Assembly (NCBI GenBank): GCA_963677595.1
Contig: OY782041.1
Span: forward strand, 800,001-864,000
Length of the DNA: 64,000 nucleotides
Direction: 5' to 3'
Source of the DNA: Spirochaetia bacterium
GTDB lineage: Bacteria > Spirochaetota > Spirochaetia > CAKZLE01
The notes under the pieces are model-generated. The model made no database searches and was not told where the DNA came from. It saw only the letters and a program-made list of their open reading frames with translations. A program made the translations under genes and the position numbers. Shown here in pieces: positions 50,355-60,741 of this stretch. The first letter of the stretch is position 1, and each line of letters starts with the position of its first letter.

Positions 50355-50610
50355 ACTGGACAGGCTCTGTGAAACGAACAGCCTGTTCGAGAAGGCGGTG
50401 GACAAGATGGTATATGTAAGTCTGGAAGAGAGACAGCGGTATGACCGTGATATGGAGAGAAAGACTGAGTTCGATGCTGCAGCCGAGGAACAGTATTACA
50501 AGGAAGAGGTTGCTATGAGACTCTTTGCAGAAGGAGTCGACACGCCCTTCATCTCCCGGGTAACAGGACTCACTGAAGCAGAGATCGAGGCTTTGAGAGA
50601 GGGATCCTGA
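50355..50610 (+). other. Orphan Rpn C-terminal cassette (ORF from GTG 50398 or ATG 50407 to 50610)
   Basis: Repeat copy 2, then a divergent middle, then a shared 31-bp block (50569-50599 vs 50273-50303, 30/31). Confidence 0.85.
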
Positions 50611-51216
50611 TTATTCTTCCATTTCACTGAAGAGCTCATCTACCCAGTGCTTCACCGGGCCGTAGGAGAATCCTTTTCGTGCCAGCCGCTGCATAAGTTT
50701 CTCAGGGGTATCCCCCCGCTTATAATACCTGCCTACGGCCTCTTTCGTGATCTGTGATTCATCGAGCTCCGCGGCATCAAGCGCTTCTTGTGCCAGGCTG
50801 CTGTCCACACCCTTCTGCATAAGCCCTGCCAGGAGCATCTTCCGACTCTCCGGCTTCTTCCTGAGCCGTGAGCGTATCCAGATCTCGGCGAATCGCGCAT
50901 CATCGAGGTACCGTTTCCCTATAAGATAGTCAATGGTCTCAGCGATGATGGGTTCCGGGTACTCACGCTGCAGGAGCTTCATCCGCATCTCCTGGATACT
51001 GTGGTCCCGCATGGCAAGCAGGTCGAGGGCCTTGGCCTTGACCGTGACCCGTACCGATTCTTCCTCGAGGGAGAGGTACTCCTCCTCCGTCAGCTCCTGC
51101 CCTGTTGCCAGGCCATAGGATTCCGATACTGCCTTGGGAATAAAAAAAGAGGAGCCATCCCCTGTGACAGCGGTAAGACCCCTGCCGGATGCTCCTCTCC
51201 TGATACGAGCGTACAT
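50611..51216 (-). CDS. recX: Regulatory protein RecX
   Basis: ALDLLAMRDHS..EMRMKL, YLDDARFA, LMQKGV, LARKGF. Confidence 0.88.
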   Translation of the reverse strand: MYARIRRGASGRGLTAVTGDGSSFFIPKAVSESYGLATGQELTEEEYLSLEEESVRVTVKAKALDLLAMRDHSIQEMRMKLLQREYPEPIIAETIDYLIGKRYLDDARFAEIWIRSRLRKKPESRKMLLAGLMQKGVDSSLAQEALDAAELDESQITKEAVGRYYKRGDTPEKLMQRLARKGFSYGPVKHWVDELFSEMEE

Positions 51217-51228
51217 ATGTACGGATAC

Positions 51229-51627
51229 TTATCGTTTTGAGAACTGGAACTTTCTTCGTGCTCCCTTCTGCCCGTATTTCTTTCTCTCGACCATTCTCGG
51301 GTCTCGAGTAAGGAATCCGTTAGCACGGAGGGTGCTGATGTTCGACTCATCGTAATGTGCCAGGGCCCGTGCGATGCCGTGTCGGCAGGCACCAGCCTGT
51401 CCTGACGGTCCGCCGCCCTTGACGTTGATGACGACGTCGAACTTCGCGAGTGTGTCGGTAACATCCAGAGGCTGCTTCACGACATAGACGAAACTCGGGT
51501 TCCCGAAGAACTCATCCACAGTCCTGTCGTTCACTTTGATCTGACCGCTTCCCTCTCGGAGGTAGACACGTGCCACAGCAGTCTTTCTTCTTCCTGTTCC
51601 CAGTGCAAGGTTTACATTATTTGCCAT
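51229..51627 (-). CDS. rpsI: 30S ribosomal protein S9
   Basis: [38 protein letters not shown]. Confidence 0.99.
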   Translation of the reverse strand: MANNVNLALGTGRRKTAVARVYLREGSGQIKVNDRTVDEFFGNPSFVYVVKQPLDVTDTLAKFDVVINVKGGGPSGQAGACRHGIARALAHYDESNISTLRANGFLTRDPRMVERKKYGQKGARRKFQFSKR

Positions 51628-51644
51628 TCTTTCGCTCCTAACTC

Positions 51645-52073
51645 TTACAGTTCAACCTTGATAGGTTTCTGAGCCGCATGCGGATGATCCGGACCGGCAT
51701 AGACTTTAAGATTCGTGAAGAGGGTCCTTCCCAATCGTCCTTTCGGCAGCATGCCTCGTACAGCGTTCTCCATCGGGAACACAGGCTTTCGGGCGATCAT
51801 GTGCTTGTAGGTCTCTGCTGTCAGCCCGCCGGGGTAACCTGAGTGTCGGTAGTAGACCTTCTTGGTCTCCTTCCCGCCGGTAACTTCTGCCTTCTCAGCG
51901 TTCACGATGATGACAAAATCACCGAGATCCTGGTGAGGAGCGAATTCAGGTTTGTTCTTCCCTCGAAGAATCTTTGCTGCCTCTACGGCAACACGACCAA
52001 GACGTTTCCCTTCGGCATCAATGATGTACCACTTCTTCACTACGTCTTTTGGTTTTACAAATATCGTTTTCAT
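51645..52073 (-). CDS. rplM: 50S ribosomal protein L13
   Basis: [34 protein letters not shown]. Confidence 0.99.
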   Translation of the reverse strand: MKTIFVKPKDVVKKWYIIDAEGKRLGRVAVEAAKILRGKNKPEFAPHQDLGDFVIIVNAEKAEVTGGKETKKVYYRHSGYPGGLTAETYKHMIARKPVFPMENAVRGMLPKGRLGRTLFTNLKVYAGPDHPHAAQKPIKVEL

Positions 52074-52252
52074 ATCTTCTACCCTATTATAGAAATAGCT
52101 TTAACTGCGTAATAGCGGTGTATCTTTTCACATATACCGCGTATTGTCAAGAAGTCTACGGCATAGAACGTCAAAAAATGACGCAACTATCCCTATAGAC
52201 CCTGCTGCCCGTTCTGCTTGATTTATCCCTACCGTATCAGTATCTTCTTCCT

Positions 52253-52492
52253 ATGAAGATAACGATAGACACAACCAGGTGCGCCGGGTGCAGCATCTGC
52301 CACCATATGGCTCCCACACTCTTCAGGATGAACGGCTACCATGCAGAGATCCCCCAGGATATGGTGGACCGACTGCAGACCGACGAGATCCTTCAGCATA
52401 AGCTCCAGGAGATCCTGGAGACCTGCCCTGCAGGCGCTATCTCGGTCACATATGAGGAAGGTAACGGTCCTTCCCCAACAGACAAGGAATAG
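52253..52492 (+). CDS. Single-cluster ferredoxin
   Basis: CAGCSIC...AP..F and CPAGAI. Confidence 0.85.
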   Translation: MKITIDTTRCAGCSICHHMAPTLFRMNGYHAEIPQDMVDRLQTDEILQHKLQEILETCPAGAISVTYEEGNGPSPTDKE

Positions 52493-52571
52493 GGCTTAGT
52501 TCCGACGCCCTGCTCCCGTATCCTGTGGTAATCGTTCACGACAGGCAGAGGTGTGCTCTCCCTGTCTTCCC

Positions 52572-53402
52572 CTAGCTCCCGTTGACCGACCTGACGAACC
52601 TGAGAACCCCCTGGATCTCACCCTCGGAGAATTCCCTCGGGATGATGATCGGATAGTTCTCGCCGGGAGGCAGAAGCACTCCCTGCTCCAAGGCCTTCTT
52701 GAAGACCTCGATATAGGCCGCCGAATCAAGTCCGGTATGTATATACGGTCCACGCCGGTCCCACTCTAGCAGGTCCAGCATCCTCTGGAACTCCGACCCG
52801 TACCCGACCGAACTGTGCATCGTCCTGATCAAGGCGGATATCGTCTTGATCAAGACATCGATCAGGAAAGGCGAGAGCATGTCAGACGGGGGCAGCTTCT
52901 CAAGCAGTTCCGTATTGCCGACACATACCACGTACGGAGCAAAACTCCCTGGGAAAGGGAAGATTGGCAGGAGTAAGTCTGGCTTGACTTGCTGCTCCGG
53001 TATGAATGGCCTCCAATACATGATCTGCCCGCTGGTGCTCGAGGTTATCGCGGGGTCGAGGGTCTGGGATCCCCGTATCCGTTTCCCGAGCGCCAGGGAG
53101 ACAGCCTCCATGGCCCGTTCTCTATTCGCATACAAACGAAATACTGGATAATCAGTGAACATGAGTTTTAATATTTTTTCAAGCCTTCCATCGTAGATTG
53201 AAGGATATTCTGCAAATAATCCTCGTGCTATGGTCGACTTGACCGCCTGGGATAATCCCGGGGGCCGGTGACCGAGGATAGCCCTCCCGTTGTTCTGGTA
53301 GAGATCGATATACCTCCGGCCTTTCCGGTCATATAATCGGTATCCCCTCGAACGGACGATGATGGGCATGGTATATGCATCTGAGTTCACTGATCTTCCC
53401 AT
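52572..53402 (-). CDS. Short class-III aminotransferase-like protein (possibly non-catalytic)
   Basis: RSRGYRLYDRKGRRYIDL...ILGH N-terminus; only about 276 aa. Confidence 0.55.
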   Translation of the reverse strand: MGRSVNSDAYTMPIIVRSRGYRLYDRKGRRYIDLYQNNGRAILGHRPPGLSQAVKSTIARGLFAEYPSIYDGRLEKILKLMFTDYPVFRLYANRERAMEAVSLALGKRIRGSQTLDPAITSSTSGQIMYWRPFIPEQQVKPDLLLPIFPFPGSFAPYVVCVGNTELLEKLPPSDMLSPFLIDVLIKTISALIRTMHSSVGYGSEFQRMLDLLEWDRRGPYIHTGLDSAAYIEVFKKALEQGVLLPPGENYPIIIPREFSEGEIQGVLRFVRSVNGS

Positions 53403-53412
53403 GGTGTGTATC

Positions 53413-55611
53413 CTACCAGTCCTTCGCGATTTTCTCAAGCGGTGCATACTTCGGGAGGAACGTCTTTTCCCCTCCCGACTCGAACCTCACGACGACCATC
53501 TCCCGGCCGCTCTGCATTCTCGAACTCATGACATAGCCGGTACCATACTCATTATGGTAGACCTTGTCCCCCCGGGCATACTCGCCTTCCTGTGCAGCGG
53601 CCTGCTGGGTCCTGTCGGCATTCAGCCTCCTGGCGAAAGATGACGGTTCGCGGTGGCCGGTATCCCGGTAGCCGTGACTGTAGCCGGCATCCTGTCCGGG
53701 GAATCCTCCCTGAGCGCGTCCCGAGCGCTGCACATGCTCATCAGGCAGTTCGGAGAGGAACCTCGAGGGCATCTGGTACTGCGTGCGGCCCCACATCGAG
53801 CGTCGATGGCAGGCGGTGAAGTAGAGCTCGTCCCGTGCCCGGGTGATGCTGACATAGAAGATCCGCCGCTCCTCCTCGATATCCTCGTCACTCTCGTTCG
53901 CCCGTCCGGGGAAGAGGCCTTCCTCCATCCCGGATATGACCACCCGGTCGAACTCGAGACCCTTGGTGTTATGCATCGTGATCAGAGTGACTCCCGGCTG
54001 GTCTATGGGGTTTCGGTCCCCCACCGTTGAGGGGTCGAGCTGGAGGGTCTCGAGGAATGAGACGAGCCCGGCCCGGCCCTGCGGGTAGAGTGCCACGGCA
54101 TTGACGAACTCCTCGAGGTTGAGCAGCTTCTGCGTGGATGCGATCTTGTCCTGCTGCCGGTAATGCTCGATCACCCCGAAGTCATCGAGGGCTCCCTTGG
54201 TGAACTCGGCGAGATCTGCGCTCTCGAGTCTCCCCGTCATCCGCCCATACGCATCGAGGAACTCAGCAGCCCCGCTCTTAGCTTTCCCCTTGAGCGTATG
54301 CTCAAGGGCAGAAGAGAGTCCTGCGATGCAGTCTCCCTGCTGCATGGCTCCAGCGGCAATGATCTTCTCGAGGGAGGTCGCACCGATCCCGCGGGGCGGC
54401 TTGTTGACCACCCGCCTGAAGGCGACCTCGTCTGCCGGGTTGAGGCAGAGCGAGAGCAGGGCCAGGGCATCCTTGACCTCTTCCCGCTCGTAGAACTTCA
54501 GAGCCCCGATGATCTTGTAGGGGATCTTCCGCTTCATGAAGATCGTCTCGAAGGGTGCTGACTGTGCATTGGTCCGGTAGAGGATCGCGGTATCATCATA
54601 GCGGTGGTCCCGCGAGACCAGGTCGGCACAGTACTGCGCCTCGGCGAACTGGTCCTCGAAGAAGGTGAGAGCCGCCTTCTTCCCGTCCTCCCGGTCGGTC
54701 CTCAGGACCTTGCCGTGCCGGCCGGTATTGTTCTTCACCACCTCCGAGGCGATCGCGAGGATCGTCCCGGTAGAGCGGTAGTTCTGTTCGAGCTTGATGA
54801 TCCGGGTATCGGGAAAGTGGTCGGGGAAGGTCAGGATGTTCCTGAGCTCCGCCCCCCTGAACCGGTAGATCGACTGGTCGTCGTCACCGACGACACAGAG
54901 AAAAGATTTCGGGCTGTAGAGCTGCTGCAGCAGCATGAACTGGGCAGCATTGGAGTCCTGGTACTCATCGACGAGGATGACCCTGAACCGCATGCAGACC
55001 CGCCTGCGGATCTCAGGGTTATGCTTGAGGAGCTCCACGCTCTTCTTGATCAAGTCCCCGAAATCAGCATTGCCCACCGAACGCATCTTCTTCTCATAGG
55101 CTGCATACATGGCCGGAAAGCGCGGATCGAAGGTGACACTGGTGAGGTCATCCTCAGGAGTGAGGCAGTAGTCCTTTGCCCGGCTGATCCACTTCGCATA
55201 GGGTTTGAGCTCCTTGCGCTTGAAGTCCGGGTGGAGGCTGTGCAGCAGGGTCACCGCATCCTCATCGTCATAGATCGTGAAGTGGTCCGAGAGTCCCGCC
55301 TCGACAGAGAAACTGCGCAGGAGCCATGCCCCAAAGGCATGGAAGGTACGGACCATGGTATGCTCCGCACCCTCGGTCATGGTACTGAGGCGCTCCTTCA
55401 TCTCGAGGGCAGCCTTGTTGGTGAAGGTCACGGCAAGGATGGAACGCGGATCGCAGCCGAGTTCCTCGATGAAGTAGGCGATCTTGGTCGTGATCACCCT
55501 GGTCTTGCCTGACCCGGCACCGGCCAGCACCAGCAGGGGATGGGTATGTTCGAGCACAGCTTCCCGCTGCTGCTCGTTGAGCATCGCGAGATACTCTTCG
55601 GTATGTTTCAT
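53413..55611 (-). CDS. uvrD: UvrD/PcrA ATP-dependent DNA helicase
   Basis: AGAGSGKT, VDEYQD, VGDDDQSIY, LEQNYRS, KGLEF, EEERRIFYVSITRA, C-terminal tudor-like domain. Confidence 0.95.
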   Translation of the reverse strand: MKHTEEYLAMLNEQQREAVLEHTHPLLVLAGAGSGKTRVITTKIAYFIEELGCDPRSILAVTFTNKAALEMKERLSTMTEGAEHTMVRTFHAFGAWLLRSFSVEAGLSDHFTIYDDEDAVTLLHSLHPDFKRKELKPYAKWISRAKDYCLTPEDDLTSVTFDPRFPAMYAAYEKKMRSVGNADFGDLIKKSVELLKHNPEIRRRVCMRFRVILVDEYQDSNAAQFMLLQQLYSPKSFLCVVGDDDQSIYRFRGAELRNILTFPDHFPDTRIIKLEQNYRSTGTILAIASEVVKNNTGRHGKVLRTDREDGKKAALTFFEDQFAEAQYCADLVSRDHRYDDTAILYRTNAQSAPFETIFMKRKIPYKIIGALKFYEREEVKDALALLSLCLNPADEVAFRRVVNKPPRGIGATSLEKIIAAGAMQQGDCIAGLSSALEHTLKGKAKSGAAEFLDAYGRMTGRLESADLAEFTKGALDDFGVIEHYRQQDKIASTQKLLNLEEFVNAVALYPQGRAGLVSFLETLQLDPSTVGDRNPIDQPGVTLITMHNTKGLEFDRVVISGMEEGLFPGRANESDEDIEEERRIFYVSITRARDELYFTACHRRSMWGRTQYQMPSRFLSELPDEHVQRSGRAQGGFPGQDAGYSHGYRDTGHREPSSFARRLNADRTQQAAAQEGEYARGDKVYHNEYGTGYVMSSRMQSGREMVVVRFESGGEKTFLPKYAPLEKIAKDW

Positions 55612-55612
55612 A

Positions 55613-56953
55613 TCAGGCCCCCTGCACCGGCACGGCTTCCAGGTCGATCCCGACGGTGCGGGTGATCCTGCACCTGATGAGATCCCCCGGTTCTCCCGTC
55701 TCGGAGAGCACGACGGTGAGACCGTCGACCTCTGGTGCCTGCATGGGGATGCGCCCGATCAGGAGGTCCTCATGGGGGATGACCTCCTCGATAAGGACGT
55801 CGAACTCCCGCCCTACCCAGCGCTCTAGCCGTTCGTTAGTGATCCGTTCCTGCAGCTCCTCAAGCCTTGGCTTGAAGGCTTCAGCCTCGGCAATGACTTC
55901 CTCATGGGTCGACTCATCCCGATCGGTGAAGGCAGGGGTCCCCTCCTCCAGCGAGTAGATGAAGCTCCCGACCCAGTCGAGCTGTGCGGATGCTATGAAG
56001 TCGAGGAGCTCCTGCCGTGCTTGTTCATCTTCGTTCACGAACCCGAGCAGGAAGGTCGAGCGGATGACTGCGTCAGGCAGTTCCTGCCTGATGGATTCGA
56101 GGAGCTTCAGGTAGGACTCGGCACTCCCGGTCCTCCCCATCTTCCGCAGCACGGGAACAGCCGCATGCTGGAAGGGGATATCGAAATAGGGGATGATCCG
56201 CTCCCGCTCCTTCACCAGGGCTGGGAGTTCAGCCGGGAAGTCATCGGGGTGGATATAGAGCATCCTGATGATGAATTTTCCTGGCAGCAGGGACATCTCA
56301 TCGAGCAGCTCCATGAACTCAGGGGCTCCCCGGTCCTTCCCGAAGGCTGCGAGGTCCTGGGCGATGAGGTTGATCTCATAGACGCCCTTGTCAACGAGCT
56401 CTTTGACTTCATCAAGCACCTGTTCCCTGGTCCTCGAGCGCAGGCCGCCCCTGATCAGGGGGATGGCGCAGTACCGGCACCGATGGTCACAGCCCTCGGA
56501 GAGTTTGACATAAGCAGAGCCTGCGAAGTTGAGCAGTTTATCGCGATGCATGTACTCACGTCCTGAGATGTCCGGGTAGTCAGGGAGGGAGACGACATGC
56601 TCGCCCGCCTCGATCCTGTCGGCGACCTCCGTGATCTTCCCGAGGTCCCGGTTGCCGAAGAAACCGTCTACCTCGGAGAACTCCTCAGAGATCTCTGTCG
56701 CATACCGCTCGGAGAGGCAGCCGGTCATGACGATCTTCTTCTCCGGGTAGGCCTCCCTCAGCTCGAAGATCGTGTCGATCGACTCGATCCTCGCAGGTTC
56801 TATGAACCCGCAGGTATTGACGAGGATGAGGTCGGCTTCCTCAGCCGTCTCGGAATATATCCAGTGCCCGCTCTCGGTCAGGCTCTCGAGCATGACCTCC
56901 GCATCGACCTGGTTCTTGGCGCAGCCAAGGTTTTCGATATAGAATTTTTTCAT
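55613..56953 (-). CDS. rimO: Ribosomal protein S12 methylthiotransferase RimO
   Basis: LGCAKNQVD, NTCGFI, EGCDHRCRYCAIP, QAPEVDG. Confidence 0.95.
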   Translation of the reverse strand: MKKFYIENLGCAKNQVDAEVMLESLTESGHWIYSETAEEADLILVNTCGFIEPARIESIDTIFELREAYPEKKIVMTGCLSERYATEISEEFSEVDGFFGNRDLGKITEVADRIEAGEHVVSLPDYPDISGREYMHRDKLLNFAGSAYVKLSEGCDHRCRYCAIPLIRGGLRSRTREQVLDEVKELVDKGVYEINLIAQDLAAFGKDRGAPEFMELLDEMSLLPGKFIIRMLYIHPDDFPAELPALVKERERIIPYFDIPFQHAAVPVLRKMGRTGSAESYLKLLESIRQELPDAVIRSTFLLGFVNEDEQARQELLDFIASAQLDWVGSFIYSLEEGTPAFTDRDESTHEEVIAEAEAFKPRLEELQERITNERLERWVGREFDVLIEEVIPHEDLLIGRIPMQAPEVDGLTVVLSETGEPGDLIRCRITRTVGIDLEAVPVQGA

Positions 56954-57212
56954 GCTGCTATCTTCCTCTATTGTCCGGGCTTGGTCAATAGAGGCCAGGA
57001 TGCCAATCTATTACCTGCCGTCAAAGAGATTACACCTGATTGAAAGTTGAGGATCGCCTTTCGATTCAGCGAGAACGAGTCTTCACCCTTTTCTATGGGG
57101 TTCTGTCAGCATCAGTGGTATAATGTTGAAATAAATCATGTTTTGTATTAGGATCGACAGGTTACCTGTAATGCTACGCATGGCATGCAAAATCTTACAA
57201 CGAGGAAAGTCT

Positions 57213-58142
57213 ATGACTAAATACATCATCAGACGCTTGCTCGGAATGATACCAACGCTTTTGATCATCATTACCATCAGCTTTTTTATCATCCGAATTG
57301 CCCCCGGCGGTCCCTTTGACTCCGAGAAGGTACTTCCCGAGCAAGTTATGCAGAATATCGAGGCCAAATACCACCTCGATGAACCACTGGTCGTCCAGTA
57401 CGGACGATACCTGTTCGATATTCTCAGAGGCGATCTGGGGCCATCCTACCGGTACCAGGACCATGACGTGAACTTCTATATCTTTTCCAGCCTGCCTAAC
57501 TCGATACTTCTCGGGCTCATCGCCCTTACCATCGCCATCATCTTCGGCATCAGTGCCGGCATGCTCTCGGCGGTGAGACAGAACACCTGGGTGGACTACA
57601 CGTCCATGTCGATCGCTATCGTGGGGATATCGGTCCCGCTCTTCGTCATCGGGCCGGTCCTGCAATGGATCTTCGCCATGAAGCTCGGCTGGCTGCCGAC
57701 CTCCGGCTGGATCGACACCGACTTCGGTGCGAAGACGCTCATCCTCCCGGCGATCACCCTCTCGCTCGGGTACTTCGCCAACATCGCGCGGCTCATGCGC
57801 TCGAGTATGCTCGAGACCTTGAGGAGCGACTATATCAGGACTGCGAAGGCAAAGGGACTGAAGAACTCAGTCATCCTCTTCAAGCATACCCTCAAAGGGG
57901 CACTGCTCCCCGTCGTCAGCTACCTCGGGCCGGCCTTTGCCGGTATCATAACCGGGTCTGTCGTCGTCGAGCAGATCTTCCGTATACCGGGGCTGGGGAA
58001 GTTCTTCGTCCAGTCATCGTTCAACCGTGATTATACCCTGATCATGGGAGTAGTTATCGTCTATTCGGCGATCCTCATCGTCATGAACTTCATCGTCGAT
58101 ATCATCTACTCCTTCCTCGATCCGAGAATCTCATATAAATAG
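57213..58142 (+). CDS. oppB: Oligopeptide ABC permease OppB
   Basis: APGGPF, GDLGPSY, DYIRTAKAKGL, VEQIFRIPGLG; ATG 57213 after GAGG. Confidence 0.93.
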   Translation: MTKYIIRRLLGMIPTLLIIITISFFIIRIAPGGPFDSEKVLPEQVMQNIEAKYHLDEPLVVQYGRYLFDILRGDLGPSYRYQDHDVNFYIFSSLPNSILLGLIALTIAIIFGISAGMLSAVRQNTWVDYTSMSIAIVGISVPLFVIGPVLQWIFAMKLGWLPTSGWIDTDFGAKTLILPAITLSLGYFANIARLMRSSMLETLRSDYIRTAKAKGLKNSVILFKHTLKGALLPVVSYLGPAFAGIITGSVVVEQIFRIPGLGKFFVQSSFNRDYTLIMGVVIVYSAILIVMNFIVDIIYSFLDPRISYK

Positions 58143-58152
58143 GAGTCAGACA

Positions 58153-59730
58153 TTGGCAATGTTTAAAAGAACAAAAACAACTGCGGTCAATGAATTTGAC
58201 CAGGAGATTCAGGGGAACAGTCTCAGCAAGGACGCCTGGAAGAGACTGAAGAAGAACAAGATGGCAGTCGCCAGTATCGTGGTCGTCATCATCTATGCCT
58301 TCCTCGCCATCTTCGCATCGGTACTGCCGATCTACTCCTACAAGGAGATCATCCTCGACCACCAGCACCTGAGGCCTTCACTCACAAAGACAGCCGGCGA
58401 GCTGATGCTCGAGAAGACCAAGAAGGATATTTACTTCAAAGCCTATAAAGCCGGCAGGGTCGAGATCCCCGCCGAGGACAAGGAAGCATTGAAGGAGATG
58501 TCCCCGAACCAGATCTGGGACTACTTCTATGAGATCGGCGAATCCGGCGGGATCGAATTGAATGCCGCTGAGACCAGGAAGCTCGAGAAGATGGTAGAGG
58601 ACATAGCCACCGAGCTCATGTTCGACATCAAGCGGGTCAACTTCCTCACCGATGCAGGCAAGACCGTGAACATCACCAAGCTCTCCGTCGATGAGCTCGT
58701 GACCATCTATGCCGACCTCCTCGGAGTCGATGAAGCTCCAGTACTTGCCCAGAGCGAGAAGGAGGTGAACCTCCAGGTCACCAACCAGACCAAGGTCATC
58801 AATGACGGTGTCTCAGACGAGGAGATGGAGGTGCTCATCGCAGAGAGGTTGGAGAATCTCTCCGAGAAGGAGCGCAATGCCCTGCTCGTCACGACCCTCG
58901 CCAGCAAGATCGAGTACTCGGTCGAGATGGTAGCTGAGGAGGACCTTGATGCTATCGTCCAGGAAGGAACTGCTAAGTTCCCGCTCAAGAAGGACGTCCA
59001 GGTCACCGACAGGCTCTCCGCGACGGTCAAGGCTACCAAGATGCATGACCGGCGATACTACTTCGGGACCGACTACTCCGGACGTGACATGCTATCCCGT
59101 ATCATCTACGGCGGGCAGGTCTCCATCGCCATCGGCTTCATCGGGACCATCACCTCGGTGCTCATCGGTATCGTGGTCGGGGCATTCGCCGGCTACATGG
59201 GCGGCAAGGTCGACTACATCCTCATGCGTATCGTTGACATCATCTACGGCCTGCCCTACATGCTGCTGGTCATCATCATGATGGCGATCTTCGGACGAAA
59301 CATCCTCAACCTCTTCCTGGCACTTGCGGTCGTCAGCTGGCTGACCGTTGCCCGAATGGTACGTGGACAGATCATCTCCCTGAAGAACTCGGAATTCATC
59401 GAGGCAGCACGATCCATGGGAGCTTCCACTCCGAGGATCATCTTCCGACACCTGGTCCCCAACTCATTGAGTGTCATCATCGTCTTCTCCACGTTGAGAA
59501 TACCGGCGTTCATCATGATGGAATCATTCCTCTCGTTCCTCGGGCTCGGTGTCTCGGCACCTTATGCTTCCTGGGGATCTCTGGTCGGTGACGCGGTCGA
59601 GGGCATGACCCTCTACCCCTGGCGTCTCTTCTTCCCCGCTGCCGCGATGACGATCTTCCTCTTCGCCATGAACTTCCTCGGTGACGGGCTCAGGGACGCA
59701 TTCGACCCGCAGAGCAAGAACCAGTTATAA
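58153..59730 (+). CDS. oppC: Oligopeptide ABC permease OppC with a large soluble insertion
   Basis: AWKRLKKNKMA, FGTDYSGRD, EFIEAARSMGA, LGDGLRDAFDP. Confidence 0.9.
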   Translation: MAMFKRTKTTAVNEFDQEIQGNSLSKDAWKRLKKNKMAVASIVVVIIYAFLAIFASVLPIYSYKEIILDHQHLRPSLTKTAGELMLEKTKKDIYFKAYKAGRVEIPAEDKEALKEMSPNQIWDYFYEIGESGGIELNAAETRKLEKMVEDIATELMFDIKRVNFLTDAGKTVNITKLSVDELVTIYADLLGVDEAPVLAQSEKEVNLQVTNQTKVINDGVSDEEMEVLIAERLENLSEKERNALLVTTLASKIEYSVEMVAEEDLDAIVQEGTAKFPLKKDVQVTDRLSATVKATKMHDRRYYFGTDYSGRDMLSRIIYGGQVSIAIGFIGTITSVLIGIVVGAFAGYMGGKVDYILMRIVDIIYGLPYMLLVIIMMAIFGRNILNLFLALAVVSWLTVARMVRGQIISLKNSEFIEAARSMGASTPRIIFRHLVPNSLSVIIVFSTLRIPAFIMMESFLSFLGLGVSAPYASWGSLVGDAVEGMTLYPWRLFFPAAAMTIFLFAMNFLGDGLRDAFDPQSKNQL

Positions 59731-59742
59731 GGAGAGCCGAAC

Positions 59743-60741
59743 GTGGAAAACAACAAAGAGAAGATTTTAGAGGTCAAAGGCCTCCAGACATATTTCAAGA
59801 CAGACAGCGGGGTGGTGAAAGCCGTGGACGGCGTCTCCTTCGACCTCTACCGGGGAGAGACCCTCGGTATCGTTGGTGAGTCGGGCTGCGGAAAATCAGT
59901 CACCAACCTCTCGATCATGAAGCTGATCCCCTCACCTCCTGGAAAGATCGTGGGCGGGGAGGTCATCTTCCAAGGAAAGGACATCATCAAGCTGCCTGAG
60001 GACAAGCTGCGCAAGATCCGGGGGAACAGTATCTCGATGATCTTCCAGGACCCGATGACGAGCCTCAACCCCTTCCTCAAGATCTCGACCCAGATGATCG
60101 AGACCATCATCCTGCACCAGGACATGAGCAAGGCAGAGGCAAAGAAGAAAGCCATCGAGATGCTCAAGCTCGTAGGCATACCTGCCGCTGAGAAGCGGAT
60201 AGACAACTATCCACACCAGTTCTCCGGCGGTATGAGGCAGCGTGTCATGATCGCCATGGCCCTCAGCTGCAATGCTGACATCCTCATCGCCGATGAGCCT
60301 ACGACGGCTCTCGACGTGACCATCCAGGCGCAGATCCTCGAGCTCATCGACGAGCTCTCCAAGAAGCTCAACACGGCGGTCATCATGATCACCCACGACC
60401 TTGGCGTCGTGGCCGGCATGTGCGAGAAGGTCTGCGTCATGTATGCAGGCAGGATCGTGGAGAAGGGAGCTACCGATGCCCTCTTCGCCAACCCGCTTCA
60501 CCCCTACACCTCTGGGCTGATCCAGTCAGTCCCGCGTCTCGACAAGGCAAATCAGGGCAAGCTCTTCTCGATCGAAGGACAGCCGCCGAACCTGATTGAC
60601 CTCCCGGACTGCTGTCCCTTCCATCCGAGATGCGACAAGGCCATGGACATCTGCAGGAACAAGTACCCGACCCTGGAGGCGGCTGAACCGGGCAGGGAAG
60701 TAGCCTGCTGGCTCTACAAGAACAAGGGGGAAGCAAAATGA
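59743..60741 (+). CDS. oppD: Oligopeptide ABC ATPase OppD
   Basis: [37 protein letters not shown]. Confidence 0.95.
   Translation: MENNKEKILEVKGLQTYFKTDSGVVKAVDGVSFDLYRGETLGIVGESGCGKSVTNLSIMKLIPSPPGKIVGGEVIFQGKDIIKLPEDKLRKIRGNSISMIFQDPMTSLNPFLKISTQMIETIILHQDMSKAEAKKKAIEMLKLVGIPAAEKRIDNYPHQFSGGMRQRVMIAMALSCNADILIADEPTTALDVTIQAQILELIDELSKKLNTAVIMITHDLGVVAGMCEKVCVMYAGRIVEKGATDALFANPLHPYTSGLIQSVPRLDKANQGKLFSIEGQPPNLIDLPDCCPFHPRCDKAMDICRNKYPTLEAAEPGREVACWLYKNKGEAK

Noticed and set aside
50002-50496. Diversity-generating retroelement TR/VR pair
   Set aside because: The mismatches are not adenine-specific (C/T, G/T and A/G in both directions), are mostly synonymous, and no reverse transcriptase is nearby.
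57181-57196. TGGCATG upstream of oppB as a sigma54 promoter
   Set aside because: There is no GC at the required GG-N10-GC spacing.
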